Below are positions 1 through 11,100 of a DNA stretch of 64,000 nucleotides, piece after piece. Both the position numbers and the translations under genes were made by a program. Position 1 is the stretch's first letter; each line of letters begins with the position of its first letter. The notes below the pieces were generated by a model. It saw only the letters and a program-made list of their open reading frames with translations, was not told the DNA's origin and ran no database searches. The DNA comes from Octopus sinensis (lineage: Eukaryota): NCBI RefSeq assembly GCF_006345805.1, contig NC_043014.1:12648001-12712000 (forward strand), written 5' to 3'.

Positions 1-23
1 TGGTAGGAGAGAAGTGTGTTCGT

Positions 24-1819
24 ATGGAAGATGGTTCACTTGCGCTAAATGAGGATGCAAAGAGAGAGGTTTGGAGATGCCACTATGAAAGTTTGCTGAA
101 TAAAGAAAATGAATGGGATAAAGAGAGTCTGCCGAATGTTGACCCAACAGAGGGACCAGCTATCCGAGTTGATAGTTCCGTGGTAGCTAAGGCAATTAGA
201 AGCATGAAGACAGGAAAAGCCCCAGGCCCATCAGGAATCACTGCAGAGATGCTCAAAATGTCTGGTAGTGTCGGCTATAGCCTAGTCACCCATATAGTTA
301 ATCAGGTGATACACAAAGGAGTCATACCCAATGACTGGTGTAGCAGCATAATAGTCAACTGCTACAAAGGTAAAGGTGACGCCCTAGATACAAATAACTA
401 CAGAGGTATCAAGCTGTTGGATCAGGCAATGAAGGTTACGGAGATGGTCATAGCCCAGCTAATTAGAGAGAGAGTTAGTTTAGATGAGATGCAGTTTGGG
501 TTTGTGCCAGGGAAAAGTACTACTGATGCTATATTCCTGGTAAGGCAGCTGCAGGAGAAATACCTAGCCAAAGATAAGCCCCTGTACCTGGCTTTTGTTG
601 ACATGGAGAAAGCCTTCGACAGGGTCCCCCGATCCCTTATCTGGTGGGCAATGAGGAAACTAGGGATAGATGAATGGTTAGTGAGAGCTGTGCAGGCCAT
701 GTATAGGGACGCTGCTAGTAGGGTGAGGGTTGGAAACGAGTACAGTGAAGAATTCTGGGTAGAGGTAGGGGTCCACCAAGGCTCAGTACTCAGCCCCCTC
801 CTATTTATCATAGTCCTCCAGGCAATAACGGAGGAATTCAAGACAGGATGCCCTTGGGAGCTCCTCTATGCTGATGACCTTGCTCTAATTGCTGAGTCGC
901 TATCAGAACTGGAGGAGAAGTTTCAGGTGTGGAAACAAGGATTAGAATCGAAGGCCTCAGAGTCAATCTAGCTAAAACCAAAGTCGTAATCAGTAGGAAG
1001 GTAGACAAATCACAAACGCCTTCAGGTAGATGGCCCTGCTCGATCTGTAGAAAAGGTGTTGGTAGAAACTCTATAAGATGCACCAAGTGTAAGCTATGGA
1101 CACATAAGAGGTGCAGCAATGTCAAAGGAAGGCTAACTAGGAAGATGGTTTTTGTATGTGGCAGATGCTCAGGAACAATAAACACTGAAAATGCTCTGAG
1201 ACCAACTTCCGTCACTTTCCAGGGAGAAAAACTAGAAATAGTTGATAGTTTCCGTTACCTAGGTGACCAAGTCAGCAGCGGGGGCGGGTGTGCTGAAAGT
1301 GTAACTGCTAGAGTAAGAATAGCTTGGGCAAAGTTCAGAGAGCTCTTACCTCTGCTGGTGACAAAAGGCCTCTCGCACAGAGTGAAAGGCAGACTGTATG
1401 ATGCGTGTGTACGAACAGCCATGCTACATGGCAGTGAAACATGGGCCGTGACCGCTGAGGATATGCGTAAGCTCGCAAGAAATGAAGCCAGTATGCTCCG
1501 ATGGATGTGTAATGTCAGTGTTCATAATCGACAGAGTGTAAGTACCTTGAGAGAAAAGCTGGACCTAAGAAGCATCAGTTGTGGTGTGCAAGAGAGACGA
1601 TTGCGCTATGGTCATGTGGCGAGAATGGATGAAGATAGTTGTGTGAAAAAGTGCCACACCCTAGCGGTTGAGGGAACCTGTGGAAGAGGCAAACCCAGGA
1701 AAACCTGGGACGAGGTGGTGAAGCACGACCTTCGAACTTTAGGTCTCACTGAGGAAATGACTAGAGACCGAGTCCTCTGGAAGTGTGCTGTGCGCGAGAA
1801 GACCCGGCAGGACAAGTGA
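24..1819 (+). pseudogene. RTE reverse transcriptase ORF with a 1-nt frameshift near 953 (GLESK/GLRVNLAK)
   Basis: ORFs 24-971 and 929-1819 join if one G is restored in gaatcgaag(g)gcctc. The C-terminus has RRLRYGHV where the copy at 50040-50267 has RRLRWYGHV, so one codon is lost. Confidence 0.88.
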
Positions 1820-1890
1820 GTCCATAACCCGTGGCCTTCTACTTGGGATGGAGCCAGCCTACGTATGCATACCTTCCCTTCTTGGGACAC

Positions 1891-2184
1891 AAAACTCTAC
1901 TTGTGAAGACCTGTTGAGGCAAGTGAGGATCAGAATCGAAATCGATCAATGGAAATTGCAGATGTGTTACCAGTGCCGGTGGCATGTCGATACTCTACTT
2001 GTGAAGACCCGTTGAGGCAAGTGAGGATCAGAAATGGAAATCAATCAATGGAAATTGCAGATGTGTTACCAGTGCTGGTGGCATGTCGAAACTCTACTTG
2101 TGAAGACCCGTTGAGGCAAGTGAGGATCAGAATGGAAATCGATCAATGGAAATTGCAGATGTGTTACCAGTGCCGGTGGCATGT
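1891..2184 (+). repeat. 3 x ~98-bp tandem repeat in the RTE 3' UTR
   Basis: actctacttgtgaagacc starts at 1894, 1992 and 2091. Confidence 0.95.
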
Positions 2185-2777
2185 AAGAGAACCTTCCGTT
2201 TCGCGACCGTTGCCAGCACCGCCCCGTTTCGTGTCCGTTGCCAGCCTCGCCTGGCCCTTGTGCCGGTGGCACATAAAAAGCACCATCCGTTCGTGGCCGT
2301 TTGCCAGCTCTGTCTGGCACCTGTGTGGGTGGCATGTAAAAAGCACCCACTACACTCACGGAGTGGTTGGCGTTAGGAAGGGCATCCAGCCGTAGAAACA
2401 CTGCCAGATTTGACTGGGCCTGATGAAGCCTTCTGGCTTCACAGACCCCAGTAGAACCGTCCAACCCATGCTAGCATGGAAAACGGACGCTAAACGACGA
2501 TGATGATGATGATTTATGTGTATGCCACTTTGAGTAAGTGTCTTCTACTATGACCCCAGACCATCAGAACTTTATGAGAGGATTTGGTAGACAGGAACTG
2601 AAAGAAGTCCATCGTTGTATGTTTGTACAGTAGTGCCTTGATGTACAAGTTAATTTGTTTCCAGAGATTGCTCATAAAGTGAAAACTCATAAAGCAGAGC
2701 AATAATTTTCCATAGTAGCAATGTTATAAATCATAATTCGTTCCCAGAAAAATATTTTACCTATGAAATTTATAATA

Positions 2778-3090
2778 GGCGCAGTAGTGGCTGTGTGGTA
2801 AGTAGCTTGCTTACCAACCACATGGTTCGAGGGTTCAGTCCCACTGTGTGGCACCTTGGGCAAGTGTCTTCTACTATAGCCTCGGGCCAACCAAAGTTTT
2901 GTGAGTGGATTTGGTAGACGGAAACTGAAAAGAAGCCCATTATATATATGTGTGTGGTTCAGCGAAAGAGACTGATTGAATAAGTACCTGGCTTACAAAG
3001 AATAAGTCCTAGGGTCGATTTGCTCGACTAAAGGTGGTGCTCCAGCATGGCCACAGTCACATGACTGAAACAAGTAAAAGAGTAAGGATA
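2778..3090 (+). mobile_element. tRNA-derived SINE family A (CORE-like centre), internally deleted copy
   Basis: A box tggctgtgtgg, B box ggttcagtccc, CORE-like ggcaccttgggcaagtgtctt, tail gactgaaacaagtaaaagagtaa. More than 15 copies in the window. Confidence 0.85.
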
Positions 3091-3759
3091 GTAAAGAATA
3101 ATACTTGTAAATAAATGGCAATAAAACAACAGAAGAATGTAAAGAATATTTTATGTAAAGTAAAAAGAATGTCAAGATCATTTATGATGAAAAACATTAT
3201 TATAATCGTTTTCTGAATCACTTTCACTCACACTAGACTCATACACACCATCTCTTGTAGATTTCTCTCAAAAAAAAAAAAAACATTTCCAGAGTTGTTT
3301 GCTTAGAAGAAGCTTTTTTTTCACTCTCTATAAATTTCTTGGTAACACACCGAAGCATTTGTTATGGTAGTAGAAACTTTTGCACTTTGTTCAAAATTTG
3401 GATCTTGTGCTTGAAAAATTTCTTGTAAAATAAAACTTGTAAACCCGGTTTCTCGTGAAGCAGGTTCTCTTAAAGTGAGGTATTACTGTATGTACATATG
3501 CACACACACACATACAGAGGATGCTGACGCTGTGAAATAAGTGGAGGGCAGAGGCATCTCAGTTCTTTGTCATTTCAAGAAATATGGTGGCAAAAGAGTT
3601 TTTAAAAAATGTTTAGATAATATGTAAATATTTTGAATATTCTTTCACATTATGATGAATGGTATTTCAAATCTCAGGTCAACGAACTTTACCTCTTTAT
3701 CAATTTTGTTACTGTTCAGCATGTAAATATTGCAATAGTAGAACTTCCTCTTAATGCTA

Positions 3760-4190
3760 GTAAGCTGGTAAAATTGTTAGCATACCAGGCAAAACATCTT
3801 AGCAGCATTTCATCTATCTTCGTGTTCTGAGTTCAAATCCAGTCAAGGTTGGCTTTGCTTTTCATCATTTTGGGGTCAGTAAAATAAGTACCAGTTGAGT
3901 ACTAGAGTTGATGTAATTGACTATCCCCCTCCCCCAAGTTTCAAGCCTTGTGACTTCAGTAGAAAGGATTATTATTATTATTATTAAGGTGGTGAGTTGG
4001 CAGAATTGTTAGTATGCCAGGCAAGATGCTTTATAGCGTTTTGTCTGGGTTCAAATCTTCCCAGTGTCAACTTTGCCTTTCATCCTTTCAGGGTCAATAG
4101 AATAAGTACCAATTGAGTACTGGGGTCAATATAATCAACTATCCCTCTCCCGAAAATGCTGGCCTTGTGCCAAAATTTGAAACTATTATT
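3760..4190 (+). mobile_element. Two adjacent SINE family B copies (tail-1 type)
   Basis: gagttcaaat B box, ctttgcctttcatcctttc.gggtc.ata centre, tail ggccttgtg...attattatt. Confidence 0.75.
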
Positions 4191-4620
4191 ATTATTGAGT
4201 GAGAGAGCAGTGCATGCCACCAAAGTGACACTGGGGTAAAATATACGATGCCCAGTATACCCATCATGAATACCCGTCTGTTAAAGGTACACCAGGCACA
4301 TGCATCACAGCCATGTGTGCAACATAGTGATCTCATATCAAGATTAACAGCACATTACCTTGCAGGTGGGGCCCAGTTAAACTTTTCTTCAGGTTGAGTA
4401 GCCCATCTTACTCAAAAGGTCCCTGAATAAGGGTTAAGATGTTGAATGAAACACCCATGTTTCCAGAGGTGAATTACTCAAACCTCAAAGAATTCCTCTC
4501 AACACATGGCTATGATGCTCCCCCACTACTTCTGCTTGTGATTAGAGATGCACTACGGGACATGCTCAACTGGTTATGGTCAAATAATTGACAAGCAAAT
4601 CTGTGGTATTGAGCATGTTC
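4190..4620 (-). mobile_element. Unclassified interspersed repeat with a (TAA)n tail on -
   Basis: 4190-4245 recurs at ~55765-55822 and 4480-4615 recurs at ~5845-6005. Confidence 0.55.
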
Positions 4621-4958
4621 TTGTTGTTGTTGCCGGTGGTGGTGGTGGTGTGGATAGCCTCTTACTGGGGATAAGAAGTTGTGTCCCTTCAGGCTGCAGA
4701 GCCATTCAACTGTTTTATTATGTTGTTCTTGCTTACTCCATATCTTTCCCCAGAAAAGTCAACTTTCATTAGCATCAAGGATTAACCTTTCACGTTTCTT
4801 ATCATCATTAATCTCTTGATAAAATCTGTTTTGGTCAGTTCTAAACAATTTATTTTCCCAGTATTGCTGAATCCATTGTTCAGACTTAGTTAGCTTTGCT
4901 AACTAGGTTTGAATAATGGATCATCATCACCATCATTATTATCATTATTATTATTAAA

Positions 4959-5225
4959 TCTGTTGTGTCTGGGGAGAGAAAATTTTTTTTTGTGCCTTAT
5001 AATTTTACACAGCGGTAAAATTTCCACTTACTTTTATTTTTATTTTCCTAAAATTTTCATTGCGTCTTGCAACTTTTTCAAGATGCAACGAAAATTTTAG
5101 GAAAATAAAAATAAGAAATAAGTGGAAATTTTACCAGTCATCATCATCATCATCATCGTTTAACGATGTGACTGTATTAAACTATAAGGCACAAAAAAAA
5201 AATGACTCTCCCCAGACACAATAGA
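4959..5225. repeat. Near-perfect palindrome (fold-back element); right arm interrupted by a short RTE tail
   Basis: tctgttgtgtctggggagag...ttgcgtcttg / caagatgcaa...ctctccccagacacaataga with a ~9-nt spacer. The insert catcatcatcgtttaacg is at ~5139-5168. Confidence 0.85.
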
Positions 5226-5316
5226 ATATGCTTCAACACACGAACTCACATAAAGAATCTTGCAAACCAAATCCCAAAACAAAATATTATTAAATCATTT
5301 TTCTTATATATTACAG

Positions 5317-5400
5317 CTGAAGAAATTCATTCTTTAAGGCAAGAATTGGATAATATTAAATCTCAGCGGGATCGTTTGACAGATTTAATAAAAACTGCTG
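5317..5400 (+). CDS. USF3: USF3-like gene, internal 84-nt exon (coiled-coil/zipper after the bHLH)
   Basis: Acceptor ttacag at 5311-5316 and donor gtaagt at 5401, phase 1-1. Encodes (A)EEIHSLRQELDNIKSQRDRLTDLIKTA(G), resembling AEEIKKLRKQLEEIQKENGRYIELLKAN of vertebrate USF3 as I recall it. Splices in frame to 8187. Confidence 0.8.
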
Positions 5401-6722
5401 GTAAGTTTTCTTTTATAACAGAGTAATATTTTATAGCTACATAAAAATGCACACCTGCCTACCCATCCAACTTTTTCTGTTCCTTTATCCCTTTTGTCTT
5501 TCTATTCCCCTTGTACCTTAACCTCACCTCTCTCTCTCTATCTATCTGTCTAAGCCATGTACTCACCTCTTATGCAAGACACTTGATCCTGACCTTCTAT
5601 CATACTTTCATATCCCTCAACACTATTGTCAAGCAATGAAGATAATTATGCAGATAGTGTAACTTTATGTGCAACTTTTATCAAAGAATGTATGTGTGAG
5701 CCTTTATACTATTATCTGTTACATTGTGTAACACAATTTTTATTCTTGGGTAGAAACTGTTATTTACTATTTGCTTATCCCTAGAAAGTATGAAAAATGG
5801 CTAATAGTTCCTTCAAACTTTGCTTTTGTTTCATTCATTTATTCAAACCCCAAAGGATCCCTCTCAAAACAAGGCTGTGATGTTCCCTCCACTGCTGCTC
5901 GTGATCAGAGATGCACATATTGTCAGCCACTAAGAGACATGCTCAAGTGGTTAAGAGTAAAGCAACTGACAAAACCTGTTTGTGGTATTGAGCAAAATAT
6001 TTGCTATAATGATTTTTCTACTTCAACAACTCAGCATTGAATGTGTCTAAAATGTAACAGAAAATGGGTCAGTTTCAAACCATTGATGTCCAAGTTGCAA
6101 AAGCAAAGTATAAAGGGAATAACAGTCATTTCCTTTGATTTCTAAATAGAAGCAAATAGCGAATAACACTGACCAAAGACAAAAAACTATAAAATAAAAC
6201 TTTGAAAATCAACAAACAAAGTTTGCTTTTGAAGTATTGAGATGTATTGAAAGATACAGATAAGGAAATAATTTTATTCTCAAATGTAGGATAATGCTAA
6301 TAATATAGCACGAACAAGATAAACTATCCATATTTTGCAGAAAAAGTATATAACTATTGTATTTATTTACATTATTTATGTTTGACGGATATTTTTTCCT
6401 CATCTTGCTTGTTGTTAACATCTCATGTTCTGAGTTCAAATTCCGTCATGGTTGACTTTGCTTTTCATCATTTCGGGGTCAGTTTCTACCACATTCACTC
6501 ACAAAAAGTTTGGGTCAGCATGGGGCTTTAGTAGAAGACATTAGCCCATGCAATTGGCAGGGAAACCATTTGTTTAAAAAGCAAATATCTTCCTGGTTAG
6601 CCATGCCTGCACCTATATTTTATAAAAAGTTTTCATTCAGAAAACAAAATCATAGGATATTCTATTTTTATACTGTAAATCTTCACAACTTAATCTTCAT
6701 CATCATCAACATCAGCATTTAA

Positions 6723-7306
6723 CCCCTTACCCAACAATTATTTTGAAAATAAATGTATTTTTTCAGACATATTTTTTAATTGTTTTATTTTACTATGTTT
6801 TGAATGGTGATTTCGAGGTATATTTCAAACCTTATTTATTATGAATTTTAATTCAATAATATTGATTTTAAATTACCGCTTTGGGCAGAAACGAGTTAAC
6901 CCATTTTTTTTCATAAATCATATTACTTTTACAAAAAATCATGTTATTTTATTTGGTTATCGACATGTTGGGGTTATAATATAAAGGTATAAAAAAAACA
7001 ACGTAAAAACAAAGTGAATACTTCTATTCATAAAATGTGCCTTCCAACCCTTCGACTGTCTCCAGGTGACTAAATCATACTCGGTCTTCAATGCCTTACT
7101 CAAGCGAAAGGTGGCAAAAATCGTCACTGCCAGACGTATAAAGTGAGCGAATATACTCGTATATGTCAAAAAAGAGTTTATAATAGACAAAGGAACTCAT
7201 TTGCTGTCGATTTTGGCGAGTCTATCTTTTGACGAGTTAACTCGCCAGAGATAGAAAAAAACGATTTCGGTCAAAACGCATATATTCGTTTCTGCCGGGT
7301 AAGGGG
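6723..7306. mobile_element. piggyBac-type non-autonomous element (MITE)
   Basis: TTAA at 6719-6722 and 7307-7310, TIRs ccccttaccc / gggtaagggg. It splits an RTE 3' tail at its TTAA. Confidence 0.85.
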
Positions 7307-7310
7307 TTAA

Positions 7311-7730
7311 TGCTCATTTTCCATGTTGGCATGGGTTGGGTGGTTTGACAGAACCTGGCAAGGCCAGGGGCTACCCCAGGTTTCATAGCCTATTTTGGCT
7401 TGGTTTCCACAGTTGGATGCTCTTCCTAATGCCAACTACTTTACTGGGTGTACTGGGTACTTTTTACATGGTACCTTGGTTTTAGGGTCTCGATTCTATT
7501 GTGGTGGGTGGGCCTTCTTGAGTACAGCAATGCACCTCATATCTCAATCCTCTGTCATCTCCTTTGTAACATTCAACATTTTGAGATCGGCCTTCAATAC
7601 TTTGTCCCATATCTTCCTAGGTCTCCCTCTTCCACAGCTTCCCTCCACTTTAAGTGATTGGCACTTCTTTAAGCATCTGTCCTCATCCATCCACATCACA
7701 TGACTAAACCAGCACAGTCTCCTCTCTTGC
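7311..7730 (-). mobile_element. Diverged RTE 3' fragment
   Basis: ttttccatgttggcatgggttgg...ggatgctcttcctaatgccaac and the reverse-strand ORF end (GSCGRGRPRK). Confidence 0.75.
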
Positions 7731-7764
7731 TCTCGATATTGTTATAAATTCTCTATGCCTTTAA

Positions 7765-7985
7765 CCCTTTAGTGTTCAGATTACTCTGTTAAATGTAATA
7801 CTTTTTCACTCAAATTGTTTTCAATTAATCCTGGATCATCTTACAGCTTTGAGGTTTCAATGATGTGATTACTTATTTTTAGAATGGCATTGTAGGTTAG
7901 GTGTGAGAGGCTAGATATCGCCAGTTTGAATATAAAACATGTAGAATATATTGGGCCGGATTTGGCCAGCTTAAACACTAAAGGG
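7765..7985. mobile_element. piggyBac-type MITE, family 2
   Basis: TTAA|ccctttagtgtt ... aacactaaaggg|TTAA. Related copies at ~17328-17515, ~56704 and 58318-59076. Confidence 0.85.
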
Positions 7986-8186
7986 TTAATAGATATTATT
8001 ACTATGATATTTCTGTAATGACTCATTACACTTGTTTTTTTAACTGTTCTGGTATGTTATAATAAAAGAAGTATTACACCTTTTTTTTTTTTTCACATTA
8101 ATGAATACCTGAATTTATTTCTAGTCTTGTTCACATTATTTAGCAAAAGTATTTTTTAAATCTTTGTTTCAAATCTATTTCACCAG

Positions 8187-11100
8187 GTATCTCATCTCTA
8201 CTGAACTCCTCGTGGAAAGGTAGAAAGGTGGACAGCACTTCTAATTCTTCAGACAGCAGACCTGAATCAGCAGATACAACCTCAAATGTCCTGCAGGCAT
8301 CGTCGAAAAAAGATAAAGACACAGAGGGCGCTACTAAAAGCTCAAAATCCAAAAGACCTAACACAATACATTCTCAACTCGAAAGTATAGCTAACAAAAA
8401 GCAGATAGCCAAGTTGGCACAAGAAACCATTACAAAAATGAATTCTGGAAGTATTCTTATGCCTAGCCTTAATAATTTTAATGGCATGCAAGCCACTAAT
8501 ATCTTACCTGCTGGAATTAATCAGCAGCAGATATTTGCAGCTGCTCCTAATTTGTTAAATACTTCTCTTTCAAATGCCATTCTTGCCTCGAATGCACAAG
8601 GGCAAGTTATTTTCAGCAATGCAAATTCTGCTGGTAGTTTTGTCAATTTACAAGGATCTTCTACACAGCCAAGTGTTGCCTTTGTTTCACCATCTTCTAA
8701 TCTTCTTGCAAATAATTCCGAGAAAGGAAACAGTGATGGCTCTGGACTGTTACAGATTGCAATGAGAGATGCGGGTATTACTTCAGTCACTCAGTCATTT
8801 ATAACACCTCCCCAATTGCCCCAGATTACATCTCAGGCACAACAAGCTATGATTAGCTCCATAGCGAGTACAAATGCTGAAACTATGATTTCTGCCGATT
8901 CTTCGCAAGGACAGCAACCAACACCCCAGCAGACTCTAGCTTCAGTAGTTTCAAATAACCAGTGTATAAACACTGGTTTTATGAACTCTTCGTTTTTCAG
9001 TGGAAATAATTGTTTCCAGCAGGGTTCGAACACAATTACCAACACAACCCAAGCTATAAATACACAGGTACCAATCATGTCGATTGGACAGTCAAATTAT
9101 AACCAAATTCTACAAAATGGTAATGCACTAATTAACGTGCCAATTATGAATGCTGCCAACCAGTCGTTACCTGTTGGTGGTGCTCTGCCAGGGATTGGAG
9201 GGATACAAGGTCTTCAAACAGGTCAAGGACAGATCGTTTTGGTTAATGACCATAGTGGACTTTCTTTGATGCCCAACTATCAAATGGTCGTTGACCCAAC
9301 AACTTTAGCGCTAACAAACAACTCACGGCAGTTTTCTAATGATAAAGTTGCTACCCAGAAGCTGGGCCATGCAGTGGACCAAACAAAGATGGCACTGACT
9401 AATGTGATAAACAACACAGAGGTACTAAATCATGCAGCTACCCTCCCTGTTCAGAATCAACAACAGGCAACACAGCAAGGCATTACTCTTCAAAACACCA
9501 TCAATGCTCAGGCATTGGCTTCCAATCAAGCTCCGGCAATGCAGCAGCTAGCATTTCAGCCTGCTCAGCAGACAATATCGCTAGGTGCCACAAATTCTGT
9601 GATTCAACAGGCACAAATGAACAATCAGTTGAGTGCTCAGCAGCAGCAAATGCTGTCGGCTCCTTATGCAAGTGCAAATACTAACTTTTTAAATCCCAAT
9701 CCAGGTCTTGTCTTGCCTGTTAGTCAAAATGGAAACTTACTTACTCTGAATACAGTTCCCAGTCAACCAAATCAGTTACCAACAGCACTTATTTTACCCA
9801 ATGGACACATCATTCCTGTGGTTACACAACCACAGGTCTTATTACAGCAGCAACTACAACAACAACAAATCCAGCAGCAATTGTTAAATGCTAATTGTCA
9901 GCTCCAAGCCGCTGTCGCTGCTCAAACCCAAGCTATACATCCATCACAAATTCCTGCTAAACTAGCAGTTGTTGGAAATTTGGGTAACAATAACATACCG
10001 ATTATTGACTCTAATTTGACTACTATACTAAACCCTCCGAATGTGCAGTGTCAGAATCAGTCTGCCCTTGTTCAGAGTCAACAAAAGCCTCCAATGGGTC
10101 TCCTCATGACAACAACCATATCGAATTTCCCAGTGTCTAATGCTGCTACCACTGTGGCTTCCATCAACAATAATATGGTTACAACGTCGGCGACACAGAG
10201 TGTCATGACAACTCAAGTGCAAGCTTCTCAAATGCATCGGCCAACAAGTGCTCCTGCATTTGTGAAAAGGTCCGAAACGCAAACATCTGATTCAAAAGGT
10301 GTGGTGATGTCCACCACAACAGGTTCGTTAATGCAGTTTAGAACATCGAATACATCCACACCTGACAACAGCATACTTCTTGGGAACGTGTCTCAGACTA
10401 ATTTGCAGACAGCCGTGGGAACAGTGCCTTCGCAGACTGACTCTTCTGTAACTTCATCTTTGCCAACAAATCTTCAAAGTTCTTTACCTGTGAATCAGTC
10501 AGGACAAACTAACGGACCAAACGGGACTATTCTAATTACATTTGGTCCACCTGGTGGACAGCAGACGTGTTGTATTTTAAACCCTAATTCTATGCAAGGA
10601 CTTGGAAATATCTCAAATCAGCAACCTTCTCTGCCAGCAATTTCCACCATTCCAACTACGATATCTTCAACTAATCCTACAGTTTCAAGTAAGAAAAATA
10701 ACAAAAAAAATTCTCAGAGAACAATTGTACCCAAACCCCCTAAAGCCAATCAAACAAATCCATTACCTTCCGTGTGTTCCATGAATAGTTCCAACTCAGT
10801 AAGTTCTACACAGGTTTCTGTGTCTTCAACTCTCTGGAACACCACTCCACTGAGCTCCGATCAAGAGGCTTCTAGTACAACTATGCAAAACGTAGTCAGC
10901 ACAAACGATATTTGTGTGTCTACTACTGCTGAATCAACAATTATACAATCACCTTCAACTTCTAATACTTCAGAAAATACTGGTACCACAGATATTCTGG
11001 CAAAAGCTGCAGAGTCCATATTTTCTTCTTCTTTACAAGACATATCTCCTCCGATAAGTAGTTTTTATAATCCGGCTAATGAAGATAATCCTCTGCATAT

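Larger units (their letters stand above)
1..2513 (+). mobile_element. RTE-clade non-LTR retrotransposon (cut by window edge): RT domain, C-terminus, 3' UTR and (GAT)n tail
   Basis: Translation shows KAPGPSGI, NYRGIKLL, QFGFVPGKST, FVDMEKAFDRV, GVHQGSVLSPLLF, LYADD, then FRYLG and RGKPRKTW, typical of RTE ORF2. Stop at 1817-1819. The 3' UTR ends in gacgatgatgatgatgat. It probably lies in an intron of the USF3-like gene. Confidence 0.95.

Noticed and set aside
422-1215. Antisense ORFs over the RTE
   Set aside because: Shadow frames of the RT coding sequence.
2415-2450. CTGATGA plus hairpin (possible hammerhead) in the RTE 3' UTR
   Set aside because: No GAAA follows the stem, and other RTE copies read ctggtgcagcc or similar here.
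2778-2850. tRNA-like A and B boxes here and at many other sites
   Set aside because: These are SINE heads followed by SINE bodies. No convincing complete cloverleaf, so no tRNA gene was called.
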